From Longimicrobiales bacterium (lineage in GTDB: Bacteria > Gemmatimonadota > Gemmatimonadetes > Longimicrobiales > Gaopeijiaceae): a DNA stretch of 64,000 nucleotides. Positions 55,498-64,000 of the stretch are shown here, in pieces. Every line of letters begins with the position of its first letter. Positions within the stretch are counted from its first letter, which is position 1. Made by a program: the position numbers and the translations under genes. The notes beneath the pieces were generated by a model, which did no database searches, had not been told where the DNA came from, and was given only the letters and a program-made list of their open reading frames with translations. Location: assembly GCA_965249775.1 (NCBI GenBank), contig OZ252253.1, forward strand, positions 3,232,189 through 3,296,188, written 5' to 3'.

Positions 55498-56229
55498 ATG
55501 GCAGAACCCTTCCTGACGGCTCGATGGGAGAGCCTGGTCTTCCTGAACTTCGAGTGCCCCAGAGAGATTCTAGAGCCGCTGGTGCCGGAGGGCACCGAGC
55601 TCGACACGTGGCGTGACGTCGATCTCATCAGTCTTGTCGGCTTCCGTTTCGTCGACACCAGAGTCAAAGGATTCGGGGTTCCGTTTCACCGCACGTTCGA
55701 AGAGGTCAACCTCCGGTTCTACGTCCGCCGTCGACATGCCGATGGGTCGCTCCGCCGTGCCGTGGTCTTCATCAAGGAGCTCGTTCCTCGTCGCGCGATC
55801 GCGGCAGTCGCCCGGCTCGTCTATAACGAGCCCTACAGCACTGTCGCGATGAAACATCGGGTCTCCCTGGACACGGAGTCCGGTGGGAGTGTCGCATACT
55901 CCTGGGTGCACCGTGGGCTCGAGTATGGTCTCCGCGCCAGGGTCGCCGGGCCGGCAACACCTCTCGTCCCTGGCTCCGAGGCAGAGTTCATCACCGAACA
56001 TTTTTGGGGCTACACCAAGCGGCGCGGCAGGGGCACGTCGGAGTACCGCGTGGATCATCCGAGTTGGTTGGTCTGGGACGCCTTGGAGGCGAGTTACGAG
56101 AGTCCGCCGACTAGGAGCCTCTACGGCCCGATCCTCAGCGAGGTTCTTGGAGCCGAGCCTACGTCCGCGTTCGTTGCCGTGGGAAGTGAAGTCAGTGTGT
56201 TTCCCGCGGTGACGGTGGGGCCTCCATGA
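55498..56229 (+). CDS. DUF2071 (YqjF-like) family protein
   Basis: N-terminal FLTARWESLVFLNFECPREILEPLVPEG resembles the DUF2071 signature. Confidence 0.6.
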   Translation: MAEPFLTARWESLVFLNFECPREILEPLVPEGTELDTWRDVDLISLVGFRFVDTRVKGFGVPFHRTFEEVNLRFYVRRRHADGSLRRAVVFIKELVPRRAIAAVARLVYNEPYSTVAMKHRVSLDTESGGSVAYSWVHRGLEYGLRARVAGPATPLVPGSEAEFITEHFWGYTKRRGRGTSEYRVDHPSWLVWDALEASYESPPTRSLYGPILSEVLGAEPTSAFVAVGSEVSVFPAVTVGPP

Positions 56230-56370
56230 AAGAGCCGCACGCGGAGCACCCCGATGGAGGCGAGTGCCTTCAAGTATCGTGAGGCCGCCTTCGACGACGA
56301 CACGTCCAGAAAACGTGTCGCCAATCAGACGTTTTGACGACACATTGGGGACGGCGGCGCTGACTCCCGC

Positions 56371-56658
56371 TCAGAGTGTCTGGCCCCAGACGATGACGGG
56401 GATTCCGACGACACACGTGGGTACGACGAAGAACACAGTCGATTGGCTCATGTCGAATAGGGACAGTTCCGTGTACCGGCGGTATCCGACGTCCGCGAGA
56501 ATGATCGATATGCCCCAGGCCGCGGACATGACGGCGCCCGCCTGGTCGCCCGGTGGCAGGATGCCGAGGAGGTTCACTAGCACGGCTCCGAGGCCTAGAA
56601 AGAACACAGCGAAGGTGCCGGCGACGATGATGAACGCTGGCGGTTTCCAGATGATCAC
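56371..56658 (-). CDS. Small three-TM membrane protein (hypothetical)
   Basis: GTG start with GGAGG 5 nt upstream. Strong GC3 bias. Hydrophobic helices. Confidence 0.5.
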   Translation of the reverse strand: MIIWKPPAFIIVAGTFAVFFLGLGAVLVNLLGILPPGDQAGAVMSAAWGISIILADVGYRRYTELSLFDMSQSTVFFVVPTCVVGIPVIVWGQTL

Positions 56659-56772
56659 GTTTGCCTCCTTCGATAAGTCCCTGGCGCAACGGCGACGTTG
56701 TCGGCCTTTTGAACGCTATGTACGGCAAAGAAGGCTCGCCAGTGTGTTAAACATCCGGGGAATTCGCTCGCC

Positions 56773-57504
56773 GTGAAGAGACTGCTCCTTGCCGGCATGA
56801 TCGCTCTGAACGTGGCGTGTGGTTCCGCGTCGCCGGATCAAGCCGCAGCGTCGGCTCTGCCGCGCCAGGAAATCGACTTCGAGCAGGCGCGGCGCCAGAT
56901 GGTGGAACGGCAGATCGAGGCGCGTGGCGTCACCGATTCACGTGTTCTCGAAGCCATGTCGCGGGTCCCTCGCCACGAGTACGTCCCCGAGCGGTATCGA
57001 GCCTTCGCCTACAACGACAACCCCCTCCCGATCGAGTTCGAGCAGACGATTTCACAGCCCTACATCGTTGCGCTGATGACGGAGCTCGTTCGGCCGGAGC
57101 CGGACGACCGGATACTCGAGATCGGAACGGGCTCCGGCTACCAGGCAGCCGTTGCGGCCGAATTGGTGTCGGAGGTCTACAGTATTGAGATCATTCCCGA
57201 GCTGGCACGCTCGGCGGCCGACCGACTCGAACGACTCGGGGTTTCGAACGTGTCTGTCCGTGCCGGTGACGGGTACCTAGGATGGCCTGAGCAGAGCCCC
57301 TTCGACGGCATCCTCGTAACCGCAGGGGCCGCCGAAGTCCCCGAGCCACTGGTCGAACAGCTGAAGCCTGGCGCTCGGATGATCATCCCGGTGGGTGACT
57401 CGCTCTCCTTCCAGATCTTGAGAGTGATCGAGAAGCTGCCCGGAGGCGATGTCGAGATACGCGACAACATTGCGGTCCGCTTCGTTCCGTTTCGCCGGAA
57501 CTAG
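56773..57504 (+). CDS. pcm: Protein-L-isoaspartate O-methyltransferase, lipoprotein-type
   Basis: PIMT motifs ISQPYIVALM, VLEIGTGSGYQAAV, DGILVTAGA. N-terminal lipobox LNVACGS. Confidence 0.85.
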   Translation: MKRLLLAGMIALNVACGSASPDQAAASALPRQEIDFEQARRQMVERQIEARGVTDSRVLEAMSRVPRHEYVPERYRAFAYNDNPLPIEFEQTISQPYIVALMTELVRPEPDDRILEIGTGSGYQAAVAAELVSEVYSIEIIPELARSAADRLERLGVSNVSVRAGDGYLGWPEQSPFDGILVTAGAAEVPEPLVEQLKPGARMIIPVGDSLSFQILRVIEKLPGGDVEIRDNIAVRFVPFRRN

Positions 57505-57636
57505 AAGCTATTACCGCCCTAACATTCCCGCCGGCTCAGGTGTCCACATAATTGCGGTTCCCACTTATACTTGCGGCTCTTACGTGCCGGTATGCGGAAT
57601 CGGATCCATTGCCACGAACATAGAAGGGGATACACC

Positions 57637-59211
57637 ATGACGAGGAAGAGCAACCGTTGCGCAGTGTGGCTGGTGGGCCTGGCGCTCGTCATCCCGATGG
57701 GCGTCTCCGGCCTGCAGGAGGGGGAGGGCTACGAGGTTGGGACAGCCCTGCCACCTGTCGATCCGGGTAGGCCGCTGGTCGAGATCACCATCGACGACGC
57801 CATCCAGCGAGCCCTCGAGCTGAACCTGGACGTACAGAGTGTGAGGCTCAACCCCCAGATCCAGGGATACTCTCTGCAGGCTGCGGAGGCCGCGTTCGCC
57901 ACGACGCTCAGTACGACATACGGATACAACAACAGCACCAATCCATCCACGAGCCAGCTCGACGGTGGCCTCCAGACTTCGACCGAGCGGCAGACCTTCA
58001 ACGCCTCGATTGCCAAGACGATGCCTTTCTATGGGGGCCGATTGAGCGCCAATTTCAACAACGCTCGCACCGCCACGGACAACTCGTTCTCGACTCTCAA
58101 TCCGAATTTCCGCTCCACCGTCGGCCTCAGCTACAACCAGCCTCTATTAGCGGGGCGCAAGACCGACAACCAGCGCACGGCGCTGGAGACCCAGGAGATC
58201 CAAGGCCTGATCTCTGAGATTCAGTTGAACAGTCAGCTCGCGAACATCAGCTACCTGGTCCAAGTGGCCTACTGGGGTCTTCGGGCGGCCATCGAGCAGA
58301 TCGAGATTCAGCGCCGCAACCTTGCCCAGGCCGAGGAATTGCTCGTGCAAAACGGGATCCGGGTTCAGCTGGGCACGATGTCCGACCTTCAGGTGATCCA
58401 GGCGGAAGCCCAAGTGGCCAGCGCCGAACAGTCCCTCCTCGGTGCCGAGATCCAGTGGCGAAACCAGGAGCTCGCCTTTAAACGGCTCCTGGTAGGGGGC
58501 GCCGGCGACCCGCTCCTGACGCAGACGCTGGTTCCCACCAGCGTACCGGTCCTCGTGGAGCAAGTCGTCGATATCGATGCGGCCATCGCCATAGCATTGG
58601 AGCAGCGCACCGACATCAGACAGTCGCGGCGCCAGCGGGAGATTTCAGTGCTCGACCTCGCGGTAACCGACAATAACCTGCGCCCGGGCCTGGACCTGAT
58701 CGCGAGTTATTCAGTCCAGGGAGTGGGCGGGGACCGCTTCGATCGGGGGGGCTTGGGCGGTGACCCGATCCTGGTGGACCCGGGCGGCTATTACGATGCG
58801 ATCAGTTCCATCGTGAACCGGACCACCCCTACCTGGGGCCTCACGCTGAACTTCTCCTACCCTATCGGGAACAAGGGAGCCAAGGCCCAGATGCGGCGGG
58901 CTGAGCTTCAGTTGGAGCAGACGGACCTGGCAATAAGGAGTCAGGAGTTGGCCATCGTTATCGAGGTGACCAACGCCGGCTTGACGGTGGGAGACAGCTT
59001 CCTGCTGTGGCAGGCAGCGCAACGGAGCCGCGAGGTCTCCGAGCGTGCCGCGGAGGTCGAGGTGACGAGGTTCGGCGTAGGGGCAGCTACGAACTACGAG
59101 GTTGCCCTGGCCCAGACCCAGCTGACCCAAGCTCGGCTCGCGGAGTTGCGGGCCATGATCGATTATGTGAACGCTGTCGCGGAGTTCGAACTGGTGCAGT
59201 ACGTGGGCTGA
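57637..59211 (+). CDS. TolC-family outer-membrane efflux protein
   Basis: Signal peptide. Two tandem repeats of long coiled-coil/beta segments with the typical LTL..A...AL.NN.DL pattern. Confidence 0.8.
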   Translation: MTRKSNRCAVWLVGLALVIPMGVSGLQEGEGYEVGTALPPVDPGRPLVEITIDDAIQRALELNLDVQSVRLNPQIQGYSLQAAEAAFATTLSTTYGYNNSTNPSTSQLDGGLQTSTERQTFNASIAKTMPFYGGRLSANFNNARTATDNSFSTLNPNFRSTVGLSYNQPLLAGRKTDNQRTALETQEIQGLISEIQLNSQLANISYLVQVAYWGLRAAIEQIEIQRRNLAQAEELLVQNGIRVQLGTMSDLQVIQAEAQVASAEQSLLGAEIQWRNQELAFKRLLVGGAGDPLLTQTLVPTSVPVLVEQVVDIDAAIAIALEQRTDIRQSRRQREISVLDLAVTDNNLRPGLDLIASYSVQGVGGDRFDRGGLGGDPILVDPGGYYDAISSIVNRTTPTWGLTLNFSYPIGNKGAKAQMRRAELQLEQTDLAIRSQELAIVIEVTNAGLTVGDSFLLWQAAQRSREVSERAAEVEVTRFGVGAATNYEVALAQTQLTQARLAELRAMIDYVNAVAEFELVQYVG

Positions 59212-59240
59212 TGAGAGCAAGCCAAGAGGAGCCGCGCTGC

Positions 59241-60665
59241 ATGTTCATGATTCGGTCTGTTGTTGCGGTTGTCGCAGCCTTGCTGATCGCCGGCCCCGCC
59301 GTCGCTCAGATCTCGAACGATCCGTTCCCGGACTCGATCCCGGCGTCCGAGGGCGCGATCGTCGTCGGGCTCGAGGAGTTCGCGGCTCTCCCCGACATCG
59401 ACGGAGCTCCCGCCCGGCCGATGGTGCTCGTCGACGAGCCAGGCTCCGGCCGCCTCTTCGTCAACGACATGTGGGGCCTCGTGTACGCCATCAGCTATGA
59501 CGGGGTCGTGACCCAATACCTCGATGCCCGTGAGCCGAGGTGGGGCGTCCTCGTGGAGACGCCCGAGCTTGCGCCGATCATGGAAGTCGGGCTCCAGAGC
59601 TTCGCGTTCCACCCGCACTTCAACGAGTCCGGCACGGCTGGATACGGGAAGCTCTACACGTGGGTCGACACGGACGAAATGGCTCCGGATCCCGACTTCG
59701 TTCCAGGCGGAGGCGACGCCACGCACGACATCGTCCTCCTAGAGTGGACCGCGCGCGACCCGATGGCCGCGACGTACGACGGCGGCCGGCCAAGGCAGCT
59801 GTTCCGCGTCGAGCAGCCCTTCGACAATCACAACGGTGGCCGGATCGGCTTCAACCCGACCTCGTCGCCGGGCGATCCGGACTTCGGCTTGCTGTACATC
59901 GGCATGGCGGACGGCGGCGCGGCCGGCGACGAGCTGGACATTGCGCAGGACCTCGGCTCGGTGTTCGGCAAGATCCTGCGGATCCACCCGCTGGGCTCCA
60001 ACAGCGCGAACGGGCGCTACGGGGTGCCGGCGGACAATCCCTACGCTCGTGACGGTGTCGACCGCACCAGGGGCGAGATCTACGCGTCGGGGGTTCGTAA
60101 TCCACAGGGGTTCGACTGGGATGCCGTGACCGGCAATCTCCTCATGGCCGACATCGGCCAGAGCGTCGTCGAGACGCTCAACGTCGTGCCATCCGGCGGC
60201 GATCTGGGTTGGAACACATGGGAGGGGAGCTACCGTGTGGTGAGCAACACGCGGGTCGAGCTGTCGAACCCGAGGGCGGAGCCGTGGATCACCTACCCGG
60301 TGGCCGAATACGACCAGAACGATCCGCTACTCCAGCCAGGATCGGCAGCAACCGGTGTGGTGGCATACCGGGACGATCACATCCCTCAGCTCAGGAACCG
60401 GGTGCTCTGGGGCGACCTGCCGAGCGGTGAGGTGTTCCACGTGCCCGCCGACGGCCTACGGGGCGGCGGACAGGCCGCGATCAGGAGGGTGCTGTTCCGC
60501 GATGGTGGAGAAACCAAGACGCTGCTCGAGCTGGTCCAGGCGAAGAATGTCGAGCAGGGCAGCGAGCCCACATTCCGGGCGGATCTGCATTTTGGGCGGG
60601 GGCCGGGTGGGAGGGTGTTCCTGCTGAACAAGTGGGATGGGGTAGTTCGGGAGATCGTGCGGTAG
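59241..60665 (+). CDS. PQQ-dependent soluble sugar (glucose/sorbosone) dehydrogenase family beta-propeller protein
   Basis: Signal peptide MFMIRSVVAVVAALLIAGPAVAQ. FNESGTAGYGKLYTWV, HNGGRIGFNP, GVRNPQGFDWD are GSDH-family hallmarks. Confidence 0.7.
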   Translation: MFMIRSVVAVVAALLIAGPAVAQISNDPFPDSIPASEGAIVVGLEEFAALPDIDGAPARPMVLVDEPGSGRLFVNDMWGLVYAISYDGVVTQYLDAREPRWGVLVETPELAPIMEVGLQSFAFHPHFNESGTAGYGKLYTWVDTDEMAPDPDFVPGGGDATHDIVLLEWTARDPMAATYDGGRPRQLFRVEQPFDNHNGGRIGFNPTSSPGDPDFGLLYIGMADGGAAGDELDIAQDLGSVFGKILRIHPLGSNSANGRYGVPADNPYARDGVDRTRGEIYASGVRNPQGFDWDAVTGNLLMADIGQSVVETLNVVPSGGDLGWNTWEGSYRVVSNTRVELSNPRAEPWITYPVAEYDQNDPLLQPGSAATGVVAYRDDHIPQLRNRVLWGDLPSGEVFHVPADGLRGGGQAAIRRVLFRDGGETKTLLELVQAKNVEQGSEPTFRADLHFGRGPGGRVFLLNKWDGVVREIVR

Positions 60666-60666
60666 C

Positions 60667-61008
60667 TCACTTCACGCGCACGACCCACCCACCTCCGCCC
60701 AACATCCCGGCGTACTCGTCGACTTGGTCGGCTGCTTCGTAGTCGAGCATATCTCGCACGAGCTCCAACAGCACTGGTGCGCCTTCTGAACCGCCGCCTT
60801 TGCCGGTGATGATGTGCACCACGCTTCCACCTGAGATGCGGGAGTGCGTTGTGAGGAAGTCCCGCACGCGTAGCCGAGCCTGGTCTGCCGTGTAGCCGTG
60901 CAAGTCGAGCGTCTCGACGGCCATCTCGCTCAGGAGTTGGGCGATACCGCTTAGGGTAGGGGGTGGGGCGGGGGGCTCTTTGGGCCGTCGTTTGCGTCGT
61001 TTGCTCAT
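60667..61008 (-). CDS. Smr-domain protein (small MutS-related nuclease domain)
   Basis: Start at the ATG at 61008 (MSKRRKRRPKEPPAPPP...). LDLHGYT and HIITGKGGGS are Smr motifs. The longer track ORF to 61389 overlaps the GDSL gene and is rejected. Confidence 0.65.
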   Translation of the reverse strand: MSKRRKRRPKEPPAPPPTLSGIAQLLSEMAVETLDLHGYTADQARLRVRDFLTTHSRISGGSVVHIITGKGGGSEGAPVLLELVRDMLDYEAADQVDEYAGMLGGGGWVVRVK

Positions 61009-61192
61009 TCGGGCGATCCGATATCCGTATGCCGGAAGGACGGCTGCAACAGGAGAAGCCAAGAAGGGATCCAACCTATCTTTCAGGCGACCACTACGTG
61101 AGAACACGCGAACGAACAGTGGGGTCCCCTCGGGTTGCCGCCCGCGGCACTGATCCGCATGATGGGTGGATCTATCTCGATGGGAGGCACAA

Positions 61193-61927
61193 ATGGGCAG
61201 GAATCGACCAGGCCAGACGCTCACGCTAGCCGGAGCGGTGCTGCTTACGATCCTCCTGGCACCGGTCCAGGCCGAGAGCCAGAACACAGCGTTGATCCCC
61301 GCGCCTTTCGCGCAGGCACGCCATGCGGAGTTCCTGGAAGTTGCCAGGCAGGGAGACATCGATTGCCTGCTCATGGGCGATTCGATCACCGATTGGTGGC
61401 GTCGTGCCGGCCTGGCCGTTTACGAGGAGCACTTCGAGCTGCTGAACTGCGCCAACTTTGGAATCGCAGCTGATCGCACGCAGGGCGTGCTCTGGCGATT
61501 CGAGAATGGCGAGCTCGACGGTTACACGCCGCGTCTCATGATGCTGATGATCGGTACCAACAATCTCAGATTTCGAGGGCCGCCCAATACCCCTGAAGAG
61601 GTCAGCATGGGGATTGCGGCCATCGTAACCAGGTTCCGAGCCAAGTTCCCAGAGGCGAAGGTGCTCCTCTTGGGGATCTTCCCCCGCGGGGCCGAGGCGA
61701 CCGACCCGCTGCGCGAGCCCATAAGACAGATCAACAGCATCATCTCCGCGCTCGACGATGGCGAGTACGTCCGCTTCATGGATATCGGCGACCGGTTCCT
61801 GGGGCCCGACGGCTCGATCCCCACGGAGGTGATGGGGGACGCGCTGCACCCCACGGAGCTGGGCTACCAGATCTGGGCTGACGCGGTGATGCCCACGTTC
61901 AGGGAGATGCTGGGAGGGGATCGGTGA
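61193..61927 (+). CDS. Secreted SGNH/GDSL hydrolase (PAF-acetylhydrolase-like lipase/esterase)
   Basis: Signal peptide. GDSITDWW block I. GTNN block III. DALHPT block V. Confidence 0.75.
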   Translation: MGRNRPGQTLTLAGAVLLTILLAPVQAESQNTALIPAPFAQARHAEFLEVARQGDIDCLLMGDSITDWWRRAGLAVYEEHFELLNCANFGIAADRTQGVLWRFENGELDGYTPRLMMLMIGTNNLRFRGPPNTPEEVSMGIAAIVTRFRAKFPEAKVLLLGIFPRGAEATDPLREPIRQINSIISALDDGEYVRFMDIGDRFLGPDGSIPTEVMGDALHPTELGYQIWADAVMPTFREMLGGDR

Positions 61928-61962
61928 GGTACGGCCGGTAGCTTCGGCGCATCTTGTCCGCT

Positions 61963-64000
61963 ATGTCCGACGCCGTCACTCGCCTGAACGCAGCCCTCGA
62001 GGGCCGCTACACGATCGAGCGTGAGCTCGGCGAGGGCGGAATGGCCACGGTCTACCTCGCCACGGACCTGAAGCACAACCGCAACGTCGCCCTCAAGGTC
62101 CTGAAGCCCGAGCTGGCGGCTGTGGTCGGCGCCGAACGGTTTCTCGCTGAGATCGAGACCACTGCCAACCTGACTCACCCGCATATCCTCCCGCTGTTCG
62201 ATTCGGGTGAGGCGGACGGCTTTCTGTTCTACGTGATGCCCCACATCGAGGGAGAATCACTCAGGGAGCGGATCGACCGCGAGAAGAAACTCGGTGTGGA
62301 TGACTCCGTGGCAATCACGCAGAAGGTCGCGGGCGCACTCGACTACGCGCACGAGCATGGCGTGGTGCATCGAGACATCAAGCCCGGCAATATCCTCCTG
62401 AGTGAGCGCGGGGAACCCTTGGTAGCGGATTTCGGGATCGCGCTTGCCGTGGCTCAAGCGGGTGCCGGGCGCATCACGGAGACAGGGCTCAGTCTGGGCA
62501 CTCCACACTATATGAGCCCCGAACAGGCCACGGGCGACCGTGACGTGGACCCACGCTCGGATGTCTACGCGCTCGGGTGTGTCCTCTACGAGATGCTTTC
62601 CGGGCAACCGCCTTTCTCGGCCTCTTCCGCCCAGGCGGTGCTGGTCAAGATTCTGACGATGGACGCACCCTCGATCACGAGTGAGCGACGGACCGTGCCG
62701 CCCAACGTCGGAGCCGCCCTCGCGAAGTCACTGGAGAAGCTGCCCGCCGACCGCTTCACGAGTGCGGCGGAGTTTGCGACGGCACTCGGGGACGAGAGCT
62801 TCACGTATCGGGCGCGCACTCGGCAGGAGCCCTCCGCGCGGGGGCCATTGGCGGAGTCGATCCCGGCTGATGTGGCTCGCCCGTGGATCAGCGATCTCCG
62901 CTCAGTGGGCGCCCTTGGGCTGATCGTGGTTCTTGCACTCGGCCTCACCGTGGTTTCGTTCAGGGAGGCACGCCTACCCTCGGCGGTCACCGTTCGGTCG
63001 AGCATCACAGACTTCGAGTTCGACAACGGACGGAACAAACGATTCGCCATCTCCCGGGACGGGTCCCTCATCGTGAGCCGGAGCGAGACGGAGGGACCGG
63101 AACTTTTCATCCGTCGAGCGGATCAACTGGAGTTCACTGCGATCTCCGGCACTGAGGACGCGACCTACCCGACGTTCTTCACCGGACGGTGAGTGGTTGG
63201 CTTTTGTACAGGGGGACGAGATCAGACGCGTGGAGGTGTCGGGTGGACCGATCCTCCCCGTGGCCGAAGGGACGCACCCCCACTGGGGCTCGGAGGGGAC
63301 GATCGTTTTCGCGTTGCCGGGCAGGGGCCTGTATTCCGTGGCCCCGTCAGGTGGTGAACCGACCCCCCTCCTGGTTGGGTCCGACTCGATCTTTCGCTGG
63401 CGGCCCTTCTTACTCCCTGGTGGAGAGGCCGTGGTTTTTCAATCAGGGAATGACATGAGCACCGTAAGACTGGCGCTCGTAGAGGTCGAGTCCGGCTCGG
63501 TGACGGATCTCGGGGTCGGGGGCAGCAATCCTCAGTACGTTTCGACCGGCCATCTCGTGTTCGGCCATGCGGACCAGGCGCTGATGGCCGTGCCGTTCGA
63601 TCTCGGTCGCCGCCAGGTGACCGGCGAGCCCTTCACCGTCCTACCAGATATTTGGGTAGAAGGTAGTGGCTCCACGCATTTCGATGTGTCAGAGACCGGG
63701 ACCGCACTCTACGTCCTGTCGCGGGAGGGCGCCGGGGGTGCTCTGCTCATAGAGGTAGGCCCCGACGGCGTGGAAACCCCTACACGGCTGGCTCCGGGGA
63801 ACTACCTCCATCCGCGCTACTCACCCGATGGCCGCTACATCGCGTACGAGAGAGACACCCAGGTCTGGGTCTACGACCGGGCAACCGGATCGAACGATCA
63901 ATTCAGCGAGCACGGCCTTTATCCCGTATGGTCGGCAGATGGCCGCTACATCTACTACGTCGGGGTTGGAGCCGTACCAGGAGCTACTGGCAGCAGCTAC
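61963..64000 (+). pseudogene. Ser/Thr protein kinase - TM - TolB-like (PD40) beta-propeller fusion, interrupted by a 1-nt frameshift near 63178; runs off the window end
   Basis: The kinase frame (ATG at 61963) has HRDIKPGNIL and DFGIA, a TM helix, and the start of PD40 repeats. It stops at 63190 (..PTFFTGR*). The frame one base forward (first in-frame codon at 63191) is open from 63077 to 64000 and reads SPDGEWLAFVQ...YSPDGRYIAY...SADGRYIYY, which are canonical PD40 repeats. Removing one T from the TT at 63178-63179 restores a single ORF. Confidence 0.7.

Noticed and set aside
56296-56320. 8-bp stem hairpin CGACACGT-ccagaaa-ACGTGTCG between convergent genes, considered as an intrinsic terminator
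   Set aside because: No adjacent U-tract on either strand. It could still be a Rho-dependent or structural element but is not callable as a terminator.
60667-61389. 240-aa extended version of the Smr ORF
   Set aside because: The upstream 127 codons overlap the GDSL gene on the other strand and lack motifs. The internal ATG at 61008 gives a complete Smr protein.

Overview
This is a 64 kb high-GC (about 66%) bacterial chromosomal window. Its gene content (Ser/Thr kinases with TPR or TolB-like sensor domains, carboxypeptidase-regulatory-like domains, a DUF5916 protein, Sel1 repeats, many Sec/Tat-secreted hydrolases) resembles Gemmatimonadota/Acidobacteriota-type genomes; this taxonomic guess is inference only. 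I call about 55 protein-coding genes by reading ORF translations for family-specific motifs. I found no rRNA, tRNA or CRISPR. The only mobile-element trace is a 3' remnant of an IS200/IS605-family tnpB at the left edge.

Main annotated content:
- Left third (16-21973): sugar-phosphate isomerase, recQ, a Ser/Thr kinase with TPR domain, acyl-CoA synthetase, MATE efflux pump, class III adenylate cyclase.
- Middle (22209-43969): HupE/UreJ transporter, FAD oxidase, a GntR-SPFH-VOC operon, a VapBC toxin-antitoxin pair, ilvA.
- Right third (44284-55294): a run of secreted hydrolases (S9 and M20 peptidases, beta-lactamase-fold hydrolase, two tandem paralogous esterases, CocE/NonD hydrolase, DUF922 metalloprotease).
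- Right edge (55498-64000): L-isoaspartate O-methyltransferase (pcm), TolC-like outer-membrane factor, PQQ sugar dehydrogenase, Smr protein, GDSL lipase, and a second Ser/Thr kinase fused to a TolB-like propeller that carries a 1-nt frameshift.

Most unusual observations:
1. Two tandem paralogous genes (33245-36546) encode signal peptide + Cys-paired Sel1/Hcp-like repeats + two carboxypeptidase-regulatory-like domains + a TonB-dependent-receptor plug, and then stop with no beta-barrel.
2. A two-gene operon (27229-30899) encodes a secreted protein of three ~90-aa internal repeats followed by an Omp85/BamA-like outer-membrane protein. It is preceded by an exact 18-bp tandem repeat that carries the palindrome GGGA-T-TCCC. 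I propose this as a possible undescribed Omp85-dependent secretion or surface-display module; this is inference.
3. Short tandem repeats recur through the window. Some sit in promoters (3030-3100, 27169-27204, 50179-50210) and some sit in-frame in N-terminal leaders of secreted proteins (22957-23035, 44597-44660, 54476-54547).

All family assignments rest on motif recognition by eye. No database search was run.
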